Source: Eledone cirrhosa (lineage: Eukaryota). From it: a stretch of 64,000 bases of DNA. Below, in pieces: positions 13,611-27,198 of the stretch. The notes under the pieces were generated by a model. It worked only from the letters and a program-made list of their open reading frames with translations. It made no database searches and was not told the origin of the DNA. Location of the stretch: assembly GCA_964016885.1 (NCBI GenBank), contig OZ024746.1, forward strand, positions 1,922,001-1,986,000. Direction: 5' to 3'. Each line of letters begins with the position of its first letter. Positions within the stretch are counted from its first letter, which is position 1. The position numbers and the translations under genes were made by a program.

Positions 13611-14349
13611 TACAGTATTTAGTTGAATATAAGCCAAGGAATAAGTGACCCAAAAAAAATTGATGGTAAAATAGGGACAGGGCTTATATTTAAGGGTCAA
13701 TATTTTGATGATTTTCACCAACTTCAACTTCCACATAAATAAAATACTAAAATATCTGAAGTGATTATTTTACAATGAAACAGTTTTTTCTACATCGCTA
13801 TTGGTGTTATTTATGCATTCCATTGAAAATATTTCCAATACATTTTTATAATTTAAACTCTTTAATACATAAATATCCCATACACATACATGCACGTACA
13901 CACCCACTTTTTTTCTCTGACAATATTTTTCTTTCAATCTGCGTTCTGATTTTATTTTCTTGCCCCCCCCCCCCTTCTTCTCTCTCACTGTCCTCCCCTT
14001 CCTTTTCTACTCTATGAATCCCTATACAAAGATCTCTTATTCAATCTCTTGCTTTCAACTACTCCAGTGAGTGGCCAGAAGTAAACAAAAATTCAAGAAA
14101 CTTGTTGAAACTTTATAAAACAGATGAAATGGTACAAAAAAGTATTACATAATGGAGTTGTGAAACTATATTTTAAACATCAAAATATTAAAACTCCATT
14201 AATATATTTTATACTTATGAGAATTTCAAAACCACGTCATTTAAACAATGTGTTGTTTAGCTACCTTGGCTTATAAACAGGGTTGGAATTTTTGCCCATT
14301 TCTCAGATATTAAATAGTGGGGGTTATATTCAGATGGGCTTACCATAGT
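13611..14349 (+). mobile_element. Non-autonomous Tc1/mariner-superfamily (Tc2/pogo-like) element, family C, degenerate
   Basis: Starts TA|CAGTATTTAGTTGAATATAAGCC; internal homology to 20055-20919 and 23724-24134. Confidence 0.65.
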
Positions 14350-15498
14350 TAATACTTCAGTTCAGGAATAATCAGAAATGGTAGACAACACAACCTATTC
14401 ACTGTCACCCACCCAACCTTCTCTAACATCCTACTACTGTCATGACAATTGTTTCTACTTTTATGAACTGGCTTACTCTATGTCACACCCCACTTAAACA
14501 GACCCAGCTCTCTTTCCTCTGGCATTTATATTGCCTCACTTCCTAGACCCAATTTTAAACATTGCCCTCCCCTTCCCTCAAACACACTCTCTCTCTCTCT
14601 CTCCACACACACACACTGTCTTCAGCATTTCATTCCATCAAGGGAGTCTTTACATGGTTGCTTGACCTACATATAGGAAAAAGATAGGATGGTCATAGTT
14701 GGAATGCCTTTGATCATAGGTCTCCTGGGGGTTAAACTATAATACTGCCAGCCAGCCTAAGACAGTTCATGCTACACAGACTAATAATTTAAGGATATTC
14801 ATATGTAGGTCCCAATCCAAATTTCTCAATTTTGTAGAACAAATTTATATTCTGAAAATGCATTTAATGGATAGGTTAACTGCATAGTTCTTTCTTTCCA
14901 TAACATTTTGGGAGGGTATGGGGAATTTTGAAGCCAAGAAAGAGTTCAGAAAATGTTTTGCTAGAACATATATAAATGCCATCATGTTCAAAGTAAAATC
15001 AAAAGATAAATTTGAATTTAGTGAGGAAATAATCTTGATAACATTAATCTTCATTCTAACCTAATCAGTAAAAACACAAGATGTATCAACATTTAAATTA
15101 TTTTATACTAGACTAACTTCTATTTCTCATATACATAAGAGAAGGCTAATCATATATACAAGCAAATGGACAAACTGATGGGCAGACACACATATACCGA
15201 GAGGCAGATAGGTAGAGGCAGGGAGGTACAGGTAGGGAGGTACAGACATATAGATGGATAAATTCTTAAGTAGGAAGAACAACACAACAGTTCAGTCAAA
15301 GAAGAAACATACTAATTTTAGTCCACACCAACAAAAATATTCAAGAAAGAACCTTCTGCAGTCTCTGTAGTTGGGAAAAATTCCAAATATTTATGAAAAC
15401 AACAGACATTCTAAACAGAAAAGCCAATTTAATATCTCAATCTTATCATGGAAATATATATATCATCTCTATAATCATAACAAATCACCCAGACAGGA

Positions 15499-15960
15499 TT
15501 AACCCTTTAGTTAATATATTTATAATGAAACATGCTGCCTATCATTTTAAATAATAAAGAACTATGACAGACGGTTTTTAGATAAATATAAACACTTTAA
15601 AATAAACAGTTTCATATCATAGAACCAGAGGCAGGTCCAGGCAGTTTGGTATCTTCTTCTTCTTCTTCGGCCGCTTATTCCTGGGAAAAGTCCTCAAACA
15701 CTCCTTCCAGCTGATCCCGTCAGAAGCAATCATCTGCAACTGACCCCTCCAGCCAAGCTCATGGATGTTATCCTGCCGGTTGGTTTTTCCCATAAAATCT
15801 GTTCCGCAATTCTTTCCTGATATATTCTAACCACATGCCCATAGTATCGGAGCTGTGATCTCTCAATTCAGAGAAGTAGCTGCTCTACCTGGAGTGACTC
15901 TCTCATCCCCAAGTTACTCTATTGAGTAATTCCGAAACCCTTTGATATCAAAAGGCTTAA
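15499..15960 (+). mobile_element. piggyBac-type MITE family B carrying a nested RTE fragment
   Basis: TTAACCCTTT start and AAAAGGCTTAA end; the uninterrupted end gcagtttggtatcaaaagggttaa is seen in the copy ending at 36850. Confidence 0.75.
15654..15940 (-). mobile_element. RTE 3' fragment with (GAA)n tail, a separate family
   Basis: Minus translation IERSQLRYYGHVVRI..E.I...L..KPTG; (ttc)n at left; 9-bp TSD tttggtatc / tttgatatc. Confidence 0.8.
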
Positions 15961-16431
15961 TCCACCAGATATAGATTGTTGTCTTGCCAGATGTAATGAA
16001 GCCATCTAGAAGCTTCTGTTGTATTATCAAACCATACTGAAGTAATCAGTACTAACTTCCCTCATCTGAAGATTGCTTCTTGACATGAATAAGAAACAAA
16101 ATGGCCTGATCAAACACATACAATTTTATTCTAGCTTAGGTACTGAGTTCTGTTAAATTTGTCTATAAATTCAATTTTTATGTAGAAATGTTTATAAATA
16201 TAACCTTGTTGTTTTACATAAAAATACACGTGTACACACATACACACATGAGCGCACACATACACACATGTGCACACATGAGCGCACACATTAATGAAAA
16301 AAGGTTTGAGTCTCAGGTTTCTATTCTTCAGACAGAAGTTTTTAAGAACATTAAACATAAGAAACAATTTATTCTCTTGAAGAATATGTGATAATTGTAA
16401 TAGGAAGAATTAGATATTGACTGGAAGATGT

Positions 16432-16623
16432 TGTAGAGGGTGGTTGGTATGGTGGAAGTGGTAGAGGTACTGTAGCAGGGTGGTTGGTAGGGTGGAAGTG
16501 GTAGAGGTACTGTAGCAGGGTGGTTGGTAGGGTGGAAGTGGTAGAGGTACTGTAGCAGGGTGGTTGGTAGGGTGGAAGTGGTAGAGGTACTGTAGAGGGT
16601 GGTTGGTAGGGTGGAAGTGGTAG
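16432..16623. repeat. G-rich 40-bp minisatellite, about 5 units
   Basis: tgtagcagggtggttggtagggtggaagtggtagaggtac in tandem. Confidence 0.92.
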
Positions 16624-16645
16624 TTGAGTGAGTGATTGTCTAGAT

Positions 16646-18026
16646 CACAGATTCTCAACCCATTTAGGCCAAACGCCCCCTTTTGTCCCTCGAACCCCCC
16701 CCCCCCCCCCCCCGCGTCCCTATTTTTCCATTTTTAAATATACTACTGATTTTTATATCAGTAGATTACTAAAAAATTGATTAACAATATTGCAAAGATG
16801 TGTGTATTATCTGATTATGTGTTGTATGTGGTCCTAGATGTGTGTATTATCTGATTATGTGTTGTATGTGGTCCTAGATGTGTGTATTATCTGATTATGT
16901 GTTGTATGTGGTCCTAGATGTGTGTATTATCTGATTATGTGTTGTATGTGGTCCTAGATGTGTGTATTATCTGATTATGTGTTGTATGTGGTCCTAGATG
17001 TGTGTATTACCTGATTATGTGTTGTATGTGGTCCTAGATGTGTGTATTATCTGATTATGTGTTGTATGTGGTCCTAGATGTGTGTATTATCTGATTATGT
17101 GTTGTATGTGGTCCTAGATGTGTGTATTACCTGATTATGTGTTGTATGTGGTCCTAGATGTGTGTATTATCTGATTATGTGTTGTATGTGGTCCTAGATG
17201 TGTGTATTATCTGATTATGTGTTGTATGTGGTCCTAGATGTGTGTATTACCTGATTATGTGTTGTATGTGGTCCTAGATGTGTGTATTATCTGATTATGT
17301 GTTGTATGTGGTCCTAGATGTGTGTATTATCTGATTATGTGTTGTATGTGGTCCTAGATGTGTGTATTATCTGATTATGTGTTGTATGTGGTCCTAGATG
17401 TGTGTATTATCTGATTATGTGTTGTATGTGGTCCTAGATGTGTGTATTATCTGATTATGTGTTGTATGTGGTCCTAGATGTGTGTATTACCTGATTATGT
17501 GTTGTATGTGGTCCTAGATGTGTGTATTATCTGATTATGTGTTGTATGTGGTCCTAGATGTGTGCTACTCGCTTCGGTTTTTTCTTTTCTTTTTTTTTTA
17601 TTTGTAATATTATTTATACAATAGGGAATAAAATAGATCTACATAGTGTTAACTCGTTACGGTTGAGTCAATAATTTCAGACATGAAATACATTGTTATT
17701 GGTGAAGGAAAGATAAGATTCTAACTGGCTGCGCTCAAAGTGTCTTTGATCCAGTTGACTGTGAATTTTTCCATTTTTAGGATCTCAATTACCGATTAGC
17801 GTGTCAATTACCGGACATGCCTGCACACCTGCTCACAGCTGCGGTCAGACTATAGTTATGCTGTCTGCAAGCTCATTCAAATGCATTCCCACTGGCTGTC
17901 TCAAAGACATACAAATATGGCTTATAAAACTTACCAAAATAAAGAGCCTTCCAACACCCCTCCCCCAATTCCAACCCCCCCCCCCTCCCCCTGGAGTTCT
18001 GAAACGCCCCCCGTTGAGAACCTTTG
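16646..18026. mobile_element. Non-autonomous hAT (Charlie-type) DNA transposon
   Basis: Imperfect TIRs CACAGATTCTCAAC / GTTGAGAACCTTTG; perfect 8-bp TSD gtctagat at 16638-16645 and 18027-18034, matching the NTCTAGAN Charlie preference. Confidence 0.88.
16796..17564. repeat. 40-bp minisatellite, about 19 units, inside the hAT element
   Basis: agatgtgtgtattatctgattatgtgttgtatgtggtcct; nearly invariant with one T/C variant. Confidence 0.97.
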
Positions 18027-18354
18027 GTCTAGATCAATAGTTTCCAATCTACTCTCTTGTTTTGCTCACATTTAGTGTTTGACAGGTTCAGATTAATTCA
18101 ACTTCATATTGTGAACTATATAAAACACAAGTGTGCAGTTCTTATACAAGTTAGTGTTTACTGTAGAGTGCTGTAATTGACAGTGTGAAATGGATGAAGT
18201 TGCTTTGTCACTACCAAATTTGGAGCCCACAGTATCATCCCTCACCACAGGGAACAGGTCACAAGTGCAAAAAAAATGTTTAAAAACAAAAGGCATTCAC
18301 CAACTCTTTGGTCTGTATGTTTTAGTTTATATAAATAAATTTGTTGGATTTATA

Positions 18355-18550
18355 CCTGCCTGGTGGCAGGGGGCCCTGGGGTAGATCATGAGAAAGAGGG
18401 CTGGATAACATGCAGTAGCTTGGCTGGTCTCGTTTGGGATCCAGCTGGATCAACTGGAGATAGTTATTTCTAACAGGACCCGCTAGAAAGCATGTGTCTT
18501 AAGGACTGCCCTCATAACCCTTCCAAGAATAAATGGGCAAAGAAGAAGAA
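18355..18550 (+). mobile_element. Degenerate RTE 3' end with (GAA)n tail
   Basis: Resembles the family at 15654-15940; gaagaagaa tail. Confidence 0.55.
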
Positions 18551-19264
18551 TTTACATCTATAATGTCGTATTTAATAAATATGTATATTAAAACATTATA
18601 ATTATAAAACTATAAACCCCCACTTCAAAGATTAATCAAGCTCCACCAGGAGTAGTATTCTGACTAGAGGTCTGCTGCAGTACCCCAGGAGGAAAATACA
18701 GGCCTAAGTAATAAGAAAATCTTTAATACACACATATTACATATACATGAAATACACAGTCTGTGTGCTTGTGAGTGTGTTTTTATAGAATAAACTATAT
18801 ATATATTGTTGAAGTTAAATGATTCATATTGTTTGAAAGATGTTTACCCTGACTGAAGAATAGTTTAGTTTATCTCAGTGGAAAAGTAACTGTAGTGTTA
18901 TCTGGAAGTAGGACAAAATAAGGAAATGAAAGCTGAATGGTCTTGCTTATTACCACAGTTATTTATAGTCGGCAGTATTACTATGTCTTTGCTTTTATTT
19001 ATTTATTTATTTATTTATTAAGATATGGTGTGGGCACGTGGGTGTATGCTTGCTTTATATACATACATGATGGTTGTCTACTCAATAGATGAGCTAACAG
19101 GTTGACTTATACTTGATCATTCCTATGTGAGATCAACAGTGACTTTGAATTGAAAGACTGCAAACTAAATCTGTGTTTTTGGCCTGATGGTTAGGGCTCT
19201 CAAGTGGAAGATCATTAAGTGTTATCAAATGTCTCAGAGCAGCTCTTGTAGACTTTGCCACATA

Positions 19265-19882
19265 AATCACAAGTTACCAGGTCTGTAATAACAAATTGAG
19301 CATAATCTGTTGGTGGGTTGTCTATGTGATTCCTGAGTCCTATTCAGCCACACTCACAGCAAATACACACAAACACAGTTTGTTAAAATTCTGCATTTTT
19401 ATCCAAGCCCATTTCTTCTGCAATCATCCTCACACCTAATCACTGATCTTTCATCATCACCACTCACAGTTCCACATTTTGTTCATTTGTTGACAAGATT
19501 GGCCCTCCAGAATGAGGTTCATCTTCAACACTTTCTCAGCCTTCTTTGAAAGTTTTGTGCTAATTAAAAACCTTATTTCTCAATAGAGTGACATCTCTAT
19601 AAGCTTGTGTTCGAGAATTAAATGTTTCAGTGGCAGATTTGTTAACTTTCACAATAAATTAGATCACGTACTGTTGTTCGATATTTTCCTGCGTCTCAAA
19701 TGTAACAGAAGTTATAAACAGGGCTGTACATAAACAGCAATAACTTCCGACTGACACAATCATATTGAAACAAGTATGTACGTGCAGCCAATGTCATAAC
19801 CAACACATTTATATACATCAACAAGGTGCTGTATTACCATGTCATACATAGGAAAATCAGTACCCTTTGATGACAAACCTCG
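19265..19882 (-). pseudogene. Internally deleted, dead mariner transposase element
   Basis: Minus translation EQQYVI*FIVKVNKSATETF..AY.D..L....VFN*HKTFKEG*ESVEDEPHSG matches the mariner N-terminal HTH region; TDLVTCDL resembles SPDLAPxDF; CGAGGTTTGTC mariner-like end near 19882; several stops. Confidence 0.82.
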
Positions 19883-20054
19883 CGACACACACACAAATAG
19901 GAAGTATACTGTAACTGTGCAAGGTATTAGAAAAAGGTTTACAATGGATCTAAAAAAACACTGTACTTGTAAGCTCTGATAATAATATCATAATAAGTGG
20001 TCAATGTCAATACAACTAGTTTCCTGATTAGTAAAAAGGATGGGTGGTGTTAAT

Positions 20055-20919
20055 TACCGCATCTCCTTTATAAGGTGAGAAATATGTGAACAAAAATTGA
20101 TGGTAAAATGTTTTTCCAATTTTCACCAACTTCAAAATTCTATGTAAATGAAGTGGTAAAATATTTTCACTTTGGAGGTGAACATTACACCAGTTTCACT
20201 TTGGAGGTGGACATTACACCAGTTTCACTTTGGAGGTGGACATTACACCAGTTTCACTTTGGAGGTGGACATTACACCAGTTTCACTTTGGAGGTGGACA
20301 TTACACCAGTTTCACTTTGGAGGTGGACATTACACCAGTTTCACTTTGGAGGTGAATATTACACCAGTTTCACTTTGGAGGTGAATATTACACCAGTTTC
20401 ATTTTGGAGGTGAATATTACACCAGTTTCACTTTGGAGGTGGACATTACACCAGTTTCACTTTGGAGGTGGACATTACACCAGTTTCACTTTGGAGGTGA
20501 ACATTACACTGGTTTCACTTTGGAGGTGAATATTACACTGGTTTCACTTTGGAGGTGAACATTACACCAGTTTCACTTTGGAGGTGAACATTACACAGGT
20601 CTCACTTTCTACGTGAAATTCATATTTTCTGTTGATTTAGAGATGTTTTGAATGAATATGGCCTTCAAAATATAAATTGGTAACATATCATTACATAATG
20701 GAGTTGTGCAAGAAAAACTATATTCTAAACGATACTTAGAACATTTAAAATATCAAAATATTAAAACTTCATTAATATATTCTCCACTCCTGAGAATTTC
20801 AAAGCCACACCATCTAAACAATGTGTTGATTAACTGTCCCGGCTTATAAATGGGGTTTGGATTTTTGCCTATTTCTCAGACATAAAATAGGGTCAACTTA
20901 TATTCAAGTATATATGGTA
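20055..20919 (+). mobile_element. Non-autonomous Tc2/pogo-like element (family C) with internal minisatellite
   Basis: TA|CCGCAT..TATAAG start and CTTATATTCAAGTATATATGG|TA end; homology to the 13.6 kb and 23.7 kb copies. Confidence 0.72.
20165..20608. repeat. 29-bp minisatellite (tttcactttggaggtggacattacaccag), about 15 units
   Basis: 29-bp period with no spacers. Confidence 0.95.
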
Positions 20920-21337
20920 ATTTATAAACTACATGTTTAAAATCAAGCTAATTCAATATAAAAGAAACAAAAAAGTGTGTGTAATAATATACTACTCTTA
21001 CCAACCCTCCCTCCATTCTCTAAATGCCCACACCATTACTTCCCATGGAGCCCTATACAAAATTCTATCCAAATCAACAAACCTCAAAAACAAATTCTTC
21101 CTCTTGTTCTTATACTTATTTCTGTAACCACAAAATAAAACTTGCATGTCATTCCTCTTCCCAACAGAAATCCAAACATTTCATCAACCTTTAACACATT
21201 TTCCAATACCTTCATTTCATGTTCCAATCAATTATTCTACACTAGTTAGAATCTAAACTTTCTCTTTGTATTCAACTCCATTGGAATATTGTCTTCTTTC
21301 ACTGCCATCCTCTTCCTACTCTAACTTCTCACTACCT

Positions 21338-21565
21338 TTAACCCTTTACCATTTACATTACTCTATATATAATATTGTATTTTTGCAGTAAAGGCTTTAT
21401 CTCATATAATTATCGTACATAATATTGAATCTATGAGATTTCAATGTTATTTATTTTGAGAACAATACCTTAATATCAGTATGAGTTGCCAGTTACAGCT
21501 GGTTTGAACAGAAAGAAGTGGGAGAATTCTGGCGGATATAGCTGGTTTAAATGCTAAAGGGTTAA
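21338..21565 (+). mobile_element. piggyBac-type MITE family A
   Basis: TTAACCCTTTACCATTT ... AAATGCTAAAGGGTTAA. Confidence 0.87.
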
Positions 21566-22675
21566 CATATCTACCACAACTCTAGCCCTCCTGTTTGCTC
21601 ACTCTTTCTCACCCAAACTACTTACTGAACTCTCAACGCTACCAGTCCAAGAGCAGCATTGCTCTAGATTAAAGAACAAAAAAGAAATGTTCTCTCTGTA
21701 TATAGTCATCAGTATTTGGTGTCTACTGTATTGCTAACTATTAAACCTTCCAATATTTGAAAGAAATTGTGAAATTTTACATAATAATCATTGAACTTCT
21801 TAACTTAAACAGTTTCTAAGATACCAACTCAGACACTCAAGCAATCAATCAATCAATCAAATAAACTCAATAAAAACAGGTGTTAATTTTGTGTAATTTG
21901 ATATGTTGCAGGTGAGAGAGGTATTGTACTATTTAGCTTCCTTCTAGCAAATACAACACCACATTTATATTTCATTTGTGAGAAATGGTAGTTTTATTTT
22001 TAAATTAAACACTCAATGTTCAAATATTTTTAAATAATCTATTTTTGGTAAATAGAACTCTTTACAAGAATGACAACTATTGCTGGCCAATTTGGTAAGA
22101 TATCGGTACCATGTTGGTGTCCTTGGCAAATTTCCATAAATCCAATCCATTTCTCTCACACTTATAAATAGCTACTATATAAAGATACGCAGTTCAATGC
22201 AGTAAGGTGGTTCATTAGCTTGCTGTGTTGAGCTTAAGACATAAAATATGCAATAGATTAACATTTCTGTCAAAGAACAGAGTGGGAGAAAATACTTTTC
22301 ACATGCATAATGCCAGATTAACTAATACAAGACAGACCTGCAAATACTGGTGATAGGCTCAAAGGTTATGTTGAAAGATGCTGTACAAATCAACAGGCTT
22401 AACCTTGACTAGGTTTTTAAAGTGCATTGCTGATAATTTCTAGATGCGTCACAAAACTAATTTAACCCAAACCTGATTATCCTCATCATCATTTTTTCAT
22501 TCAGTTTTACGAATATTTGTTAATTTATTAATTTTGTGTCACTACCAAATCTTAATGTCTCACATCTGTTTTTAATGTGTTGTTGTCAATGTGAAAAGTT
22601 TGGAAAACTCAAGATTTGTCTAACACTTGTTCTTTCAACACCCTTATGCATACTTGTTCTAGCAGGTAAAACACA

Positions 22676-22860
22676 TTAACCCTTTCATGTCCATATTTCT
22701 AATGAAAATTTGGAAGGATTTATAATACAACTAATTTTCTCATGATTAAGCTGGTGTTTGGAACATAAAGGTTCTTACATAAAATTATGATGGAAGGTCT
22801 TTAGATAAATATAAACACTTTAAAACAAGTAGTTTTGTACTATGAGCAGTGTCAGGCATA
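22676..22860 (+). mobile_element. piggyBac-type MITE family B, right end decayed
   Basis: TTAACCCTTTCAT start; shared body ggttcttacataaaattatgatggaagg. Confidence 0.65.
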
Positions 22861-23643
22861 CTTATATATTAAAAAGAAGCTACATTGAAAATATTTGCTT
22901 TCTATTATCAAATGAAACTGATACAGCCAGTATGAGAGAGATGAAAACCATTGGAATTATACCTGTTTTAATCAATGTTTAAATTATTGTAATCTGATCA
23001 TGCTATGAAAATTCTTTGACACGTTAAAAATAAAATCAACAAGCATAAAAAATATTTGGTTGAGAGAGAGATTATTTGAAATATGAATAGTTTGCTCTAA
23101 ATATCTATGATGTAATTCCTAGCTGTCATCAACTGCCATTTAAAATGTTTATATATTTGGTCCCAGTAGGTATATATTGACAGAAATATCTAACAAATAC
23201 ATTCTTTATTACAATGTTACATACAAATGCTGTAACTTTTTAAGCATTCCAAAAACAAATATGAATAAAATGGAATAAACATACACTTCAAAGCAATAAA
23301 TAGCCCAGATAGGAGTGTACTTTCATGTCCATGATGTTTATGTTTGGTATTAAAAGTTGTACATAGTTTTTACTGTCATATTATAAACAATAGTCTATCT
23401 CACCAACCTAGCAGCTTGGAACAGCAATGTAATTTTGCATTGGTAGAATAACATTTTTAAAGTAAAAATTTTAAACTGAGAAATATCATTTTTAGTTGCT
23501 GACACATAAAAGTAATTTATGGCTGCTTTTCTTTTTTTTCTTCTTCCCCGTGAGTTGTGTATGAATTACTGGTACTAAGTCTTTATAGCCTGATGCTCAT
23601 CCAATTTCCAGCTATGATATCAAGAGATATATCTTTCTGTCTT

Positions 23644-24270
23644 TTAACCCTTTCATTACCATTTTTCTAATGATTTTCAAATAATTTAGAAAATAGAAAT
23701 TTGAAAGTATTTTGCAATATAACTACCATAGATCCTCATATAAAAGCCAAGAAATATGTTCCTTCCTCCCTCTTCTACTCTTTGAATCCCTAGACAAAGT
23801 TCTCTTATTCAATATCATATTTTCAACTACTCCCAGTATGTGAGTGGCTGGAAGAAAAAATTTGAGAAACTTGTTGAAACCTTATAAAATGGATGAAATG
23901 GTAAAAAAGCAATATGTAATGGAGTTGTGAAACAAAAACTATACTCTAAACGACACTTAAAATATTTTAAATATCAAAATATTAAAACTTCAAAAATATA
24001 TTCTCCACTCATGAGAATTTCTAAACATGTGTTGATTAGCTGCCTCGGCTTATAAATGGGGTTTGGATTTTTGCCCATTTCTCAGACATAAAATGGAGAG
24101 GGTGGGGTTAGCTTATATTTGAAGATGTACAGTAATTTTCTCGTTAAGTTGTTTGGAGCTTGACTTAAAGATTCTTTTATAAAATTATGATGGAAGGTTT
24201 TTAGGTAGAAATACTTAAAGATAAGAAGCTCAGTGGCTGAGAACCAGATATGGTTAACTAAATGGGTTAA
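23644..24270 (+). mobile_element. piggyBac-type MITE family B with a nested family C element
   Basis: TTAACCCTTT ... AATGGGTTAA; family B body split at a TA site. Confidence 0.75.
23724..24134 (+). mobile_element. Tc2/pogo-like non-autonomous element (family C), TA TSD
   Basis: aac-TA[...]TA-attttctc compared with the empty site caacTAattttctc in the 22.7 kb MITE copy. Confidence 0.78.
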
Positions 24271-24302
24271 TGTACCCTTCAAATATTGCTATAAATTTGG
24301 CT

Positions 24303-24458
24303 CCATGCTTTGACGCATAGAGTTACGGCCCTTTCTATTCTGAGTTCAAATCCCGCCGAGGTTAACTTTGCCTTTCATCCTTATGGGGTCGATAAAATAA
24401 AGTACCAGTAATACACTGGATAATTGCTGGCCTTGTGCCAAAAAGTAGAAACAATTAT
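24303..24458 (+). mobile_element. 5'-truncated SINE S1
   Basis: B box, core and 3' end match 2921-3106. Confidence 0.88.
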
Positions 24459-25147
24459 CTAAAATACATTTTTTATAGATATTTCTTTTCCAAGGACAAA
24501 ACAACAATATAACTCATAAAAACCACTACAAATTATATCCTAAATAAAACTGAAATAACATTTTGAAATTTGATAATATAATTAAACTCAAAGCTGATTT
24601 CAACCAGATTTCATTTCATGACCACATATTTCAAGAAATGAAAATTAAAAAAATACCATTGATATATTAAGTTGGTTCAGTTTACAGTTGTAGTTATTTC
24701 ACCAAATTTAAAGTGTTAATATCTTCAAGTAAAATCTAAATCTCTTCCAAAAATATTAAGCCATCATGTTGATATTCATCACAGGACTACAAAACCTATT
24801 CCAGTATACCTCTCTGAGACTTTATGACAGAGTGATAATCCAGAATCAAATAATGTAATCCCATCCACATGTAGCAAATATCTTCATTTCATGATAACAT
24901 TTGTAGCACATTAAACTATATTGACAAAACATGAAAAGTACAAAACAGCATTATGACCATATCACACTAACACTGCAATATGTCCACTTATAAACATTTG
25001 AACTGAGAGTTTTTAGATATTTTCTTCTCAATAATTACAGGATACATGGAAGTGTCATTTTAGACATTTAAAAGAACACAAAAACTATACTTCATATTTA
25101 TAATTTATTTCTTAGTGTCAAACTTTTCATCGTGACACGGTCACTAA

Positions 25148-25409
25148 TCTATATATATAAAACTGAGGATGTCTGTCTGTGAGTGTGTGTGAGTTTGAAT
25201 CCCTAAATCTCGAGAAGCACCCAAGCGACTGTTTTCAAACTTTACACATGTAATACTTATGTTTCAGGGAGTGTTCTGAGCAATTTCAAATTTTCAATGC
25301 ACTAGGGACGGCATTAGGCGATTTAGCGATCTCTCTCTATAATTCTTAGTCTTTCTCTTTTTAGATAGATACATACATATAACGTTGCGCCCTTATAATA
25401 TCTGTCTCT

Positions 25410-25481
<72 letters not shown>

Positions 25482-26069
25482 GCGTGTGTGCGTGCGCGCG
25501 CGCGCATGTGAGTTTGAATCCCTAAAACTCGAGAAGTACCCAACCGATTTTTTTAAAACTTTACATGTGTATTACTTATGTTTCAAAATTCAACTTTTTG
25601 ATCCCCTAGGGCCTGCATTAGGTGAAAAACTGCGTTTTTTTTTAGATGTTATGTCACACCGATTTCCTTGAAATTGTAACTATGTATTAGTCAGTCTCTT
25701 CTTCATACCGTGAGCAAAGAAAATCCAACTTTGTTATGGCCTAGGGCCCGCATTAGGTGAAAAACTTCCCTTTTTCAGCTTTTTAGGGCTTTTTGGAGGC
25801 GTTACGTCTAGCCGATTTTCCCGAAATTTAAAGGCATATTATGCACATAAAAAAAATTCCTTTTCTTGATCCCCTAGGGCCCGCATTAGGTGAAAACCTG
25901 CATTTTTCCTGCTTCATCGAGGAAAATCTTAAAGATTATCCAGCCATCAGAGTATTCGGTTTATTTTCTTTACATATTGTCCAGGCATGCAGTTTTTCCA
26001 CGATTAGGTCTGTTGGCGGCCCGCGTTTCAAAATACCTTATCCCATGCAACGCCGGGTACCACTGCTAG
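25148..26069 (+). mobile_element. Non-autonomous Helitron
   Basis: A|TCTATATATATAAAA 5' end, subterminal hairpin CCCATGCAACGCCGGG, CTAG|T 3' end; internal (GT)n and duplicated segments. Confidence 0.88.
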
Positions 26070-27198
26070 TATTTACTAAAATTTTCTTCAACGCAGTAGT
26101 TGTTTTAGTATGAATACACTGTCTCAGGTCAAGTCACTTGCCAGACAAGTCCAACTCCAACATTACAGAATATTAAGAGTTAATGAAGAGCTAGACTTCA
26201 AAACTTAGGTTCCTACTCTACACTCTATAGACATAGCTGTATTTCTACAATAACTAATTACAATAAACAGAGGATATATAAACTAATGATTGTTTCAAGC
26301 ACTCAGATGCCTGAAACACAATGATTACTACATTAACTATACTAACTATAAACCTTCTCACATATAATGAACTAGAGAAACATGTAAAAATCAGAAAATA
26401 ACTAGAATGTTGTTGGGTCTAACATGGCCAGCAAAGAAAACAGAATACTGAGGAAGGTAAGAAAGTAAAACTGGTTAGATAGCTTTGATGAGACATAGGA
26501 TACTGTTTATTTTCACAGCCAGTAACATGTTACTGCTTATCTTGAGTCCATTCTGGTCAATTTCAAAAGACTTTCAACATTTATCACCCTAGCAAGTGTT
26601 TTCTTCTTTCAGTAAACTCATTATTCTAATAAAGTTGTTGTTGTTGGTGTTATGATAACTACACACACAACACAGTTTCTTCTAAATTCTTAGAAATGAA
26701 ATTTTTATTGAACCAAATATGATGTGGTTTTAATTCTTTATATCCTGTACCTCATGAGACAGCATTAGCAAGACATTATTGAAGTACAAAACAGCACCAG
26801 ATGAGAATAGTTAAGTGAAATTAGTTCAGGAAGCTGTTCAATTTGAATTACTAATACACATTAGAGAGAGAAAATCCCAAATGGAGGAGATTCTAAGAGA
26901 GAGTCATAGGTTGTTCTCAAATGGAAAACAAAACTTCATAAGAAGAACCTTAATATTATTTGTTATTATTGACACCAGTCAGCCTATCTAAACTGATCTA
27001 CAATAGCCAATTGGGGAGCAATTAGATGTGTTACTACTTTGATCTGAAAAGGTATTGAACATACTAAAGCAAGTATAGGTGGTAGAGCATCAGAGTTTCT
27101 TTAAAAGGTATAACAGAAAGTATAATAAACTGTGGTCACGTCCATACTGAGGAGATATCAGGAGAATTAAATAACTGTGCCCACATTTAAAATATACC

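Noticed and set aside
16062-16110. CTGAAGA...GAAAC possible hammerhead
   Set aside because: Weak stem II, GCC in place of an NUH triplet, and stem I of 3 bp at most
20165-20608. CRISPR-like 29-bp partly palindromic repeats (also the 26-, 28- and 40-bp arrays)
   Set aside because: Units are head-to-tail with no unique spacers, no cas genes, and the context is eukaryotic
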